A stretch of DNA of 64,000 nucleotides from NCBI GenBank assembly GCA_019828565.1, contig JAHDYR010000035.1, forward strand, positions 142,672 through 206,671, given 5' to 3'. A program made the translations under genes and the position numbers. Source of the DNA: Carpediemonas membranifera BICM. Its lineage: Eukaryota; Protista; Fornicata. The notes beneath the pieces were generated by a model. The model saw only the letters and a program-made list of their open reading frames with translations. It did no database searches and was not told where the DNA came from. This document shows, one piece after another, positions 42,610 to 54,600 of this stretch; the first letter of the stretch is position 1, and each line of letters opens with the position of its first letter.

Positions 42610-45600
42610 TCAGACCTGGCCAAGCTTGAGATCGAGTGCATCCTCGACCAACTGATCCACGAAGTCAAAGCACTCGCAGCTCAGGTCCTTGGCGGTCAGA
42701 TCGGGGAAGAGGGCCCTAGCCTCGGTCAGTGCAGAGTTGGCGAAGATCTGAGCAGACTGCCTCGTGTCGCCGCACCAAAGCATGCGGTTTAGCGCCATCA
42801 ACTCGGCCACGCGGTACTTGGGTCGGAGGATGGCCTCAGAGATGGATCTGATGAGCGCTGCAACGGTGCCGTGTGGCAGTACTGGACCAAGGAGGAGCCG
42901 CAGTGCCCTGTGTGAGGCAGCTGGACTGAACACGCCGCCGATTGAATGGGCCAGTCCGCGGGAGACATCGACAGTGGTGTCGGGCGAGTCGCCGGTCTTC
43001 GCCATCACGCCGTAGATGTGGGATAGTGTCAGGTTGGCTGCGACAGCATGGGCTATCGCTGTCCTGGCCGTCCAAGCCACACCAGGGTCGACCGAGCGGG
43101 CCAGATGTGCGGCCAAAGCACCGTCCTCGTGCTTGGGCGCATCGCTCGGGAGACTGGGCACGTGAGTGGGCATGCGGTAGGCCTGCTGGCGACCTGGACT
43201 GTGGACCGCGGCCAGTTCATGCATGGATACGGTCGGGCCTGACACGTACGCGATACACGCGGCGGTCGACGAGATCTGGCACGGCATGTGGTAACCAGAG
43301 GTGAATCCGCGCTTAATCAGGTTCGGGGCTGCGATGACATGGTCGAACAGCCCAGCGTTCGTGGCCCCGGCCGCAACGAGCGACCTGATCACGCCAGGCA
43401 TAGGCTCAAGTGGGTCTGCGGGGCAAGAACTCTGGGCGATCGAGGATGGAAGCAGTGCGGCCAGACCAGCAGGAGGTGTGAGGAGTACTGCGAGCGTCAT
43501 GAGGTGTGCCCTGCCAGCCTGGGTCGAGATAGTGTCATCAGCGAGCACAGGAGCAGTCCTGAGGCTGAGCTGTGCAGCAGGGAGGCCGCAGACGTCAGAC
43601 ACGGTAAACGTGGGCGACTCGAGGTTAAACATGACGGGCGGCGTGTCGACGTATGGCACCTCCTTCATCAGCCGCTCAACCGTGCCGCGGAGGACGTATA
43701 GCACATCGTGGGACGACTGGTGCGGCTGGCGGGGTCGGATTACAGGGGCAGCCACCGTGTTGGGCCGGATGTTGAGGAGGACGCTGGGGAGTCGCTGGGC
43801 CCGGCGAGGGAGTGTTGAGATCGACTTCAGGCACTGCTGGAGGCTCTGGCGGCTGGGAGGACTCCTCGGGTCGAAGAGGGCAGCCCATTTGGCGGCGTCC
43901 TTCTGGGGGATCTCGCCCTTAGCCTGCGCGTCCTTGATGAGCTCAACGACCGTTTCGAGTATGGCCTTGTCAGCGTGTGTCCCGGGCTTGGCGATCATCT
44001 GTGTAATGGCCCACGTCAGCCAGTCGAACGGGCTCACAACGTCCCTGAGTTTGGCCAGACCGGCCGCCACGGAGTTGGCAGCAATGGCAAGTGCGGGCTT
44101 CGTAGCAAAGATGAACGATATCACGAAACAGGCCGTGTCAGCCGGGGCGGTGAACTTGTGGGGAGACTTGTCCGAGAGGACGCCCCACACGAACTTCTCG
44201 GTCCCCCACCAGCTTTTGATGGCCTGGTTGACGAATGTTTGGATCATAACGCCGTCCACGGCATCGCTCGTCTCGACTGCCAGGGCGCGGCATTGATACA
44301 GCACCTCCTCGCGCCTTATGAGGGAGGAGATGCAGAGAAGGCCCGCGACAGCACGGCGGACGGCCTGCAGCTCGGTGATGCGGAGGATGCCGATGAGCTG
44401 CGGGGTGAGGTGAATGGCGAGAGATGAGCTCAGCGAGGGCAGCATGGCGATCAGCTGCTCGGCCATGGCTTCCCGGACAGCAGCGGGCAGGTTGGGATCT
44501 GCGAGGTGCACCAGCATGGGCAGCAGGAGCGTCTGTACCTTCGTGGGTGTGTTGATAGCAGTCAGGGCGCGGAGAGCGGCAGAGTTGGCCGTAATGGCGA
44601 AGGAGAAGGCCTGTTCGGCCGTCGACTGCTGTGCGGCAAGGTTGGCCAGCTCCCGAGAAAGGTCGCCCCAAGCGAGGTAGTTATCCGGGCTGATGGATGT
44701 GGCGACGTTGAGCAGGTCGACCGCATGCCCAGACCTCATGCCCGCCTTGAGGCTGGCCATGACCCTGAGGCGCACAGTCTCGCTCTTGATGAGGCCGGTG
44801 GTAGGGTTCTTCGCGATTACCTCGCGGCTCCAGGTCTTCATATCGCCCAGGCCGTGGATGGCACAGTCGAAGCTAAACCAGGTGCTAGAGGCCGTCATTG
44901 CGGACAGGATTCTCTCCCTCAGAACGAAGAAGTTGAGCTCGAGCGTGGTACTCTGTTCCTGGTCGCTGCGGATGGTAGTGGCGTTCATGGCGGCCATGGC
45001 GAGACCAGCCATCCTCATCCGACGGAACAGAGTGCTTCTGATGGCGGTAATATTCGTCATGAAGGGGGGGCGTCTCTGCTGCTGCTGTGGCGGCCTGTCA
45101 GGTAGGAGCTCGTTGTTGAAGAGCTTGTAGATGAACAGGAGGACGAGCGTGCGGAATGTCACCGCGTCCGAGAAGGCCGAGATGCCTTCCCACTTGGCCG
45201 GCATGCGCTGGGTGAGCAGCGGCATGATCTGTGAGAGGTGGCTTGCACCACTTGTGTGCTTGTAGAACTGCGTGTCCTCGTGCTTGCGGGCGCATGACGT
45301 GATGAGGCTGAGCTCTGACACCATCTGGGCGATCCTGAGCACCACAGACTGGACTCCGTGGGTGTGGGCCGTCTGGGTCAACATGTCGAGGCATCGGGTG
45401 AACAGCATGCTGATGAACCGCTCCGTGTTGCCCCTGTACTCGGTCTCCATGGTGTAGTCGAGGATGTAAGCCAGGGAAGTCCATAGGAGCATGGACAACG
45501 GGGCTGACGAGAAGGTGGTGTCCGACGCAGAGTCGTAGCACTGCTCACACATGGTGAAGACCGCCCGCTGGTTCCTGATGGCGGTGAGGTCGCCGACGAG

Positions 45601-48600
45601 GGCCTGGCGCTTGATGAAGGACTCGACGATGAGCTCAGGAGATATGAAGCCGACCAACTGGATCTGTGGATACAGTTTGATTAGCTCATTCCGCGCCTCG
45701 TTGCTCTTGCTGGACTTATCGATGGTGTGGTGCTTCTCGAACTGGGCGCTGGCAACGTCATCAATGACATCCCACTGGTGAAGCTCTCTGCACGTCGCTG
45801 TCGCCATGCGGTGGATATACAGTTCCGTCGCGGGGTCAGCAATGGTTGCAACTCTCGTCCCATCCTCCCTCTTCGTGGACAGCTGCTTCGACACATCCAG
45901 CAGCAGCGGCTGGGCGATGTTCCAATGGCCGAGCAGACCGGCGATCATCGCTGTTCTGAGCGGGCCGGCGACCCTGAGGGTGGGCGGGTCGCGGAGCAGG
46001 GTGGTGCGCATGTCCACGAGCTGCATGAAGCCGAGCATGTTCTCACTGCCAGCTACAGTCGCGTTGTAGATCTCAGCGGCCACCTCGCCCTTGCTGATCT
46101 CTCCAAGGGCACCCAGATACTCCTTGGTGGAGTTGGGGGCGGTCTCGGTCGGCAGAGTCGTCGCGAACGTGCCTTGGACCGGATTACCATCGCTCGTGTG
46201 CCTGTAGACAGACGGCAGTGCACCAAATGCGTTGTCATCATCGCCCATGTGGTAGAAAGCGCAGTCTCGCAGCACACGCCGCACGGCCAACGACTGGGGG
46301 TGGCCGTCAGTGAGCGCTCGCTCCACTATGGGCAGGGCCGCCATGCGGTGGAGGCTACGGCGAGTGACGAGGGCTTCGTACACCAGGGGGTCGGCCGATG
46401 TGATTGGCAGGGTGACCCTATCGAGGCATGCGACGAGGATGTCCTTGTAGCCCATGCCGTGGACGAAGTAAGCGGCGGCCATAGGGCCAGAGGGGTTGGG
46501 GGTGTCTTGGTATAGATGGCCGTAGATGATGCGGATGAGCTCGTTGCGGGCTGAAGGGAGGTCTTTGAGGACGTGGTCATACATGTTGACAAAGAGCTGA
46601 ATGAAAACCTCCCGGCCGTTGAGCGGGGAGATCCGCAGAAGGCGCTCGATGGTGTCAACAACGTCATCGATGTTCAGCTGGAACACTGTGCGGGGCCAGA
46701 CGGACGTAGTGACCTCTGAAACCTCGAGGGACATCAAGAACATTCGGGCAACGTGGGAAAGGAAGTGAGACTCGTAGACAAGAGTCCAGTTGAGCGAGCC
46801 GAGGATGGCCTGGAACCTGTTGGCAATCAGCCGGCATAGCGCCTGGTGTGGGTTGGCGGGCGGAGTCATGTCAACCTCGACGGTCACGACCGCCTGAGAG
46901 TCACCCGCGTCTGCCTTCCGCTTCTTCCTTGTGTTCCGCTTCCGTCCCGAGTCCGTGTGGCGAGTGTTAAGGTCGTTGCAATACTCGTCGTAGTAGAAGA
47001 GAGCGTCGTTGATAACGGACCTGGCACCCTCGCCGTCGAGGTAGCAATCTCCAGAGACTGCCAGCACCCGTGTGGCCGCTGAGTGATCATAGTTCGGAAA
47101 CGTTGTTGTCTGGATAACTAGGAATGCCGTGCGACGGAAGGGCGGGTCTGCAATGCCCACAGTGCGGACGACAGGCGGTATCTTGATGGCGTACGCGATG
47201 TGTGTGAGGAAGTTGAAGATACCAGAGCTTATCTCCTCAAACGGCGCGGCGCTGGCGATCGAGAGGCGGTTGTACACGAGCGGCTGGGTGTCCAGCGACG
47301 AGAGCGAGTCGAAATAGCAGCGGAACATCTCGCTAGGGGCCGTGTTGAAGGCTTCCTGGAACGGATGTGAGCTCCGCATGTCGTAGTTGTCAGGGGAGAT
47401 CAACTCGGGGTCAGGAATGACACCGAAGCCCACAGCTGCAAACCGCATGCACGCTCTGAGGGCATGCCGCGGCCTGCTCAGGATGTAGGACGAGTCCTGT
47501 CGGAACAGGACCTTAGTGTTCTCGATGACCTGGTTGAACAGCTTGACGTAGCGGCTGCTGATGTCCTTGCCGTGCTTGACCAGCATCATCATCGACTGGC
47601 GCTCCTGGTTGAAGAGGCCCGAGTCCCGGTTCCCGAGGGTGGAACGCACGACGCCCTTGAACCCCCGCACCTTGACCTCGAGCGCGCATCTAAACTGGTG
47701 GGCGATGTGGAGCGTGAGGTAGTCGATGCATAATGCGATGAGGATGTCCGTCTCGGTGGCGAGTTCCGAGTACATGTCGTGGCAGTCCTTGAGGGAGGGC
47801 GTGGAGGAGCCGCCTGACCTAGCCTGGTACAGTGTTTCGACGGCGATGGCGTTGAAGTCGGTCGTGCACAGCTGTTGGAGGAGGAGGAGGACGACATCGA
47901 CGCTCTGGTTGAGGATGCGAGTGTCATGACGGCCAATGGCTAGCAGCATCTTGATGTGCAGCTGGCAACCGACAACACCCTGGAACTGAACAGACATGTG
48001 TCTGTCCGCGGGTGAGCTCTCACGCCAACGCTTCTGGACGGCCTGGTGCTTGACCCATATGGACTGGGCCTTAGCCATCTTGGTCCTGAAATCGCTCAGG
48101 AAGCACTTACATGTGTCGATCGTCTTCGTGACGAACAGCTCAAGCAGGGGGTCGCTGTTCTCCGTGCGGTGCGGCTTGTTCTTGAGGAGACGAATGACAA
48201 GTTCTGTCAGCGTGCAGTAGACGGGCGCCATGTCGGTCCAGCGTACGAACCGGGGAAGACGAAGGCCCTTGTCCTTGACCACCTTCATCGCAGGGTTGAA
48301 CATGCCAGTGTCCATCTTGTCGGCAGCGTTGAAGGCAGGCATGAAGATCTCCACGAACTGATCGATACGCTTGCCGAAGTCGTTCATGAACGCCTGAATC
48401 TCCTGGTGTGCCATCTCCTGGGGCGAAGGGACGCTGAAGAATGCGCTCACGGCGTCCGTATTGTGGAGGCAGACCTGCAACATCTCCACCATTGGGAGTA
48501 ACCGGGCAAAGGACTCGGGCTCAGAGTGACCGAGCTGCTTCTCCCGCTGATCAGGCATGATGAAGGCCTTGATGGTGTCCTCCTCCTTATCAGTGACGTA

Positions 48601-51600
48601 TTTGAGAAAAACATCCCGCAGGAAGGGGATCTGGACCCGGGCCTCTGGCCATACCTCCGCAGCCCGTCTGAGGACAGCGACGGACCTTGTTTGGAGGGGT
48701 ACTAGGGACTGGTAGTACTGGGGTGACTGGAGACGGGCGCCATACATCACAAACATGCAGCAGACGCGGGATAGGACGAACGAGAAGCGGCTGATAATGT
48801 CCTGGTTGCTGTCACGGTCGCTGCGGTCGCTATCGTTGCCGTTGCCCCGGACATGCCAGGTGAGGCGGGTGTCGACGATCTCAACGAGGGGCATTAGGAT
48901 CTCGGGCGAGTTCACCCGACCAATCGTGAAGAAGATGACCGGATCCAGCGTGTCAACCAGCTTGTACAGCTCATAGGCGTGCTTCCTCATGAGCTGGAGA
49001 GCGAAAATGAGGGGGATGTGGTTGTTCATCCAGAGATTCGAGTTCGGCTGGAAACTCATGGCGTGGTGCAGCCTCTGACCGACGTGCATCCGGAGTTCGT
49101 CATATCTTGTCATGGTGCTGATAAGAATAGACGCCGCGGACTCCAGAACTGGGCCTGCGGTCTTCTCGAGGGTTCGATTCTTGAACACGTTGTCGAGCAG
49201 CTCCTTGATGACCTTGCCGTAGTCCGTATCAGGGATGATGCCCCTTATGAAGTCATGAGCCCTAGGATGGCACAAGAGTTGGGCTTCGAGCAGGTATGTC
49301 ATATGGTCGATGTTGGCAGACATCACTGGGCCCCCGATGACGCCGGGCGTGGTGAGCATGGCGATGAGGGTGCGGCGTTGCTCCTCAGTGAACGCGTCAG
49401 GCAAGTGCATGCCGATGTTCTGAACGATGATGATGAGGAGGGCAAGCTGCTCTTGTCGGAGGCCCTCAGGGGCAGCTGGGTCGTTCAACAGCTCGACACC
49501 GACCTGAGGTCTCGGGGGGTTAGTGATGCCGCATAAAAGGATGACCGTCTTCAGCGCTGGCATGATAGCCTCGTAATCGTTTGTGTGTCTTGCCCTGTTG
49601 AGGATTTCGGCGGTAATCGGCTGCATCACGTGGCGCAGGACGCTCGGGGTGACCGGACTGAAGGGGCTGGGGGACTGCCTGGCGCCGTCCTTTGCTTGGA
49701 CGGGACAGAAAGTGTGCAGGGCGTTGAGCTCTCCAGCCATAACGTGCTGGATCGCTACAAGCTCAGCAGTGGGGGCATTGCGGCAGAGGTCCGCCACCAC
49801 ATCGCGGACGATAAAAGCCTCGTGGATGCAATACGACAGGGCAAACGGAAGGGTCTTGCAGAAGATGGCGCGGAGTTCCTTCGCTGTCATAACACCCTCG
49901 ATGGGGGGCTCGGCAGCATGCTTGGCGTCTAGTTCCAAGAGAGTGCCGTCACACGCGAGGATCGTGAAGCCTCTCAACACGGCCAGTGCTAGCGGTCTGC
50001 TGCGGCTATCGAACACCCACTGGCCATGCTGGATGGCCCGGGGCGTGTTGTGGAGGTTGGAGGTCATGGATAGATGCTTCCTGAAGTCGTCGACGAGTCG
50101 GACAATAAATGGCGACGTGATGAGCTTCGTCGGGACCGCCGCCGTCACCCTTGCCAGGATACTGACAAACACCTGGAAATACGTGTCACGCTCCTCCGCC
50201 CTGAAGTAGAGGTAGAGTCCCCTGACGTCCTCGTCGGTGATGGCCTGGATGACAGTCTCTCCGTCGGGCGAGTGCATGATATCGAACACGATCTGTCCCC
50301 ACACGCGGATGGCGGTACGGGCCTGGGTCCAACGAACGAGGGCCTCTTCCTTGGCACGGCGGTCAGACGCCTTGTCGACAATGCTGCGCTGCTCATCGCC
50401 GAGAGCGCATGTCTCCTGCATCACCGAGCGGGATCCCTTGACGGCGTTGGAGTTATTGCTCTCATACCGGCACAGCGCGACAAACAGGGCAGTCGGGTTG
50501 AACCCAGCAGCCCTGCCCAACGCCGCAGTGAACGGCGCCAGAGAGGGGTCGGTCCGTGGTGTGTCGTACGTGTCCCTGCGGACGTTCTCGGCCGGAATCA
50601 ACACAGGAGCGGTGATGTTGTGGCGGGGAATGGCAGGGGGCTTCATGCAGGTCTGGCGCTGCAGGTTGAAGCCGATCGTCCGAGCCAGTGTCAAGATGCT
50701 CTTGTACACATCCTTAGGGGTCTGGCCGGCACTGTCAACGGCGGTGGGCTCCGTAGCGGCCGACACGACCAGACCGAGCTCGATGAGTCCCGAGATGTGC
50801 TCCTGGATGAACCTGTAGGCGTTCCCGTCGATTGCAGCGTCTGTGCTTGGCTTATACAGGACCGACAGCAGAGGATGGTGGTACTCCTCGTGGCCAAGCT
50901 TCTCCAGCTCGCGTTGGATCAGACCGGCGAAGTCCAGCGGGACAGCGAGGTTCATACCAACGGCAGCAAGTGTCTTCACCGTTCGAATCAGCCGCAGGAT
51001 CGGGATGTGGGCCCGGCAGGGGTCGATGGCGCTTGACATCTGTTGTGTCTGTGGCCTCTGAAGCGGCCGGTTTGTGACCGGGATATCGATGGAGACGGCG
51101 CTAGAGAGGGTCTCTGGCTTCAGCTCCTCTGCGATGATTCCAGTCAGCTGCTGCAGGTCCATAGCCTGGAGGGCTTGCAGCGCTTCGGGCAGGCGTTCGA
51201 TGACTACGTCGCCGAACTTGAGCTCTGTCTTGAGCGCTGCTCCCAACAGTGCTTGGAACATTAGGAAGATGTTATCGATGAGGTCCGGGTGGTCTGGAAG
51301 ATGAATGATCACGGAGAGGATGAACCTGCACATCGAGCACAGCGCATTGGAGTCGGCCGTCGTCCCCTCAGCCGTCACGGGCAGAGACATAGTGCGGGGT
51401 CGGGCGATTACGGCCCTATGGTCAGCGTTGGCGACCATCCTGGCGAGGGACGTGGCGAAGGTGCCTATTCTGCGAACAGAGGAACGAAGGTCGCTGAGCT
51501 TGAGCTTGCCGTACTTGCCCAGGACGTTGATGATGGCAGCCAGGCCGAAACACACGGGGAGGACGGAGTCGTTCGTCATCGGCACGGCGATGCTCCCCTC

Positions 51601-54600
51601 GGGCGAATCTCCTGTGAGTCGGGTCTCGACGTGCCCGATGATCGTCGCCACCGTGGAGTCCGACGGGCCATTGGGGGCCTCGTCGAGGAGCTCAGCGAAG
51701 AGTGTGGCGGCCTGATGGTGTCGGCTCGTGAAAACCAGGTCAAGGATGGTCCGAACGATGTCGGTACCGTCAGCCTGAGTGTCTGCCCGCCTAACGCCAG
51801 TGATGCCGCGGGCTAGGCGGCCAATGTCGGCAAGAGGCTTGTGGATCAGAGCGTCGCAATGCGCGTTGGCCGAGTGTGCGAGGGCCTTGAGGGCCGTGTC
51901 AGCAGTGCGGCCTGCATACACAAGGCACGTGTCCTTGGCGAGGAGATGGGTCATCAGGTCCCTGCAGCGGTCGTGTACCGCGTACGAAGGGGTGGCCATG
52001 GCATCCGACAGCCGGTCGACCATGAGCTGACCCACCCGACCCTGCTCCTCAGGATCTGAGTTGAGACCCTCAAACACAGCCTTCAGGGCAGCAACAGCCC
52101 TACTGACAGCGGTACGGCCGGTAGCGTTGGGCTCCGGGATGGTTGGGAGCAGGGGGTCAGTCACCAGCTCGAGAAGGGCCCGGACAGAGCATAGTGGGGC
52201 AACGTGACACACTTCTTCGGTGCAGATGGAGTCGAAGGCGCCGGGCTGGGCCATGACTGCAGTCAGATACGACTCAATCTCTGACAGAGTCGGGCCAGAT
52301 ACGGCCTCGGGAAGTTCGAACAGGATCCTGAATGCAGTAGTGATCATTTTGACAGCAGCCTCGTTCATTTCACCGACAGTACGACCGATGACTCCCCTGA
52401 ATGCGGCTGTGGAGGGGTTGAAGTCAGGCAGCGTGTACCTCTCCCCTCTGATCTGCATGTCGCTGGACGGTATACCCGCCACAGCAGCGAATACGAGCCT
52501 GACAGACGATAGGGCAGTCTTCTGGCTGTCCTCGCTGGTCAAGTCGGTCTCACCCGCTTCCATGTCACGCCAGAGGTTCTCCATGAGTGGGGCGATGTCG
52601 AGGGTGAGGGCGTGTGTGGCATCAGGCCGCTGCTCCCTTAGCACAACCGCCAGCACGTTAATGGTGATCTCAAATGGCATGGGTGGCTTGGGGTTCGTGG
52701 CCGAGGGAGCAAGGGGTGCCAGGAAACTGGCCTTGGCCTTCGACCCGAGATTACCGAGGACAAAGAGGGTGTCCCTCACGACGTTGCCGTCCAGGATGTC
52801 GACCTGTGCCCCGGGCGACCTGTCCGTGGATGAGCTGGTCAGGGTCTGCTGGGCAAACGGCTTGGGGCTCTTGGTCTTGAGGACCTGGGTCAGAGCCTGG
52901 ACGAGATCCTCGACGTGAGGGCCGAGCTTGGCAAGACAGGCATCCTCGCTGGTGAGGCGGATAACGCTGTTGAGCTGGCTGGCAACAGTGGCGATATCTG
53001 CAGCAGTGCCGACTGTGGCAAGTTGGACCATCCTTGGGACAATGAGATCGAGATATTCGAGCATCGCCGTGGGATGAACGGGCGGCGCGGCAAGGATGTC
53101 AAGCACCATGAGCGCCAGGTTGAGGTTGTCACGGTGGGCGTCTAGCAGGGGGGCGAGGTGTGTGAACAACAAGGGGAGGGCCCGACTGACAGCGGTGATC
53201 ATGGTCGCGGACGACTCAAGCTGTCGAGTCGAGTTATCACGAGCAAGCTTGATGACGCGGGACAGGAGGATCACAGCCCTCTTTGGATCAGGGATGGCGC
53301 CGACGATGACGGCAACATCCCATACGAACTCAGACAGTCTGGAGGCCGTCACGGCGATGCTGATCTCGAGCCCACCGTCCGGGTCATGATCTCTGAAGAG
53401 CGTGTCGATAAACAGGGTCGCGACAGTCAGGACGGCACGAACCTTGTTGAGGCTGACATCTACCCCGCTGTCGAGCTCGAGGGCAAGTGAGTGGACAGCA
53501 TCGAAGACAATGTGTCCTGCCTCGGCCCAGCCGTCGATGACCCAGTTGATGAAGGCCGCCACGGGTGTCTGGTAGAGGATGAAGGACTGGCTGTACTCTG
53601 GTGCAACGCCCTCGATTACCTCTATGATGTGAGGCATCGCCCGCGATAGCTTAGCGTGCAGCATGTCCGGGTTGAGGAGCGAGAGGAACTGGATGATGCG
53701 GCGGGGCGGGTCGAATCGCTGGAACCGCGTCAGAGCAGTGCCTCTTGGCTGGTCGATCAGCATGGGTGTGCTGGCGATGTCGAGGAGGAGGGCCAACGCC
53801 CGGTCCATGGTCTCATCGATCTCAGGCTGGAGGATGGTCCAGAGATGGCTCATCGTGTTGGCGTACGTCGAGACGGTCTGGTAAGCAGCCAGCTTGCCGT
53901 CGAGGTTCTCCGAGATCTTCCCACCGTTAAAGTTCATGACCAAACCCGCTTCGATGATCTCCTTCGCTGCCCTAGCAACTGCGCTGTCTTCGTCGCCCCG
54001 TTCGAACTTGGAACATACGACCATGTACTCGGCCAGAGAGTAAACGGTGTAGTACACCACATCCATGACCCAGTATACCAGCGTGGCGATCGCTGTGGGG
54101 GCAAGCTGGGACGAAGCATGTTCGGGCTTGAACCTGTCGTAGCCACGGCCGCAGTTGAACAGGCCGGTGAGCGTCTTGAGGGCCTTGACCTCTTCGTCGT
54201 CGTCGGGCTTGGTCTGGCTATACGGGCTTGTTGTGTGGTGGCGGGAGAAGATGTGGCGGTCGGTAAAGATGCGCGAGACCTTATCCTGCACGGCGGAGAC
54301 GCATGAAAATCCCTCCTGGGCCTCCTTCGCGTCCTTAGCGTAGAGGGTGGCAGGTGGGACGAGCAGAGTCGACATAAACTGCTCAGCAATGGCCAGGTAT
54401 GCCCTGCCGACGGACCGGACGAAACTTGCCCTAGCACTGATGGCCTTGCGCCTGTCCGTCGCGTTCTGGTGGTTGGGTGCAGCTCCCGCGGTGATAACGG
54501 TGCTGTTGAAGTCCTTAGCAATCCTCTCGACCACGTCCCTGAACCTCTGGGCTGACTGGATAATGCTTGTCGGGGCCAGCCCGATCTCATGGACGCGTCT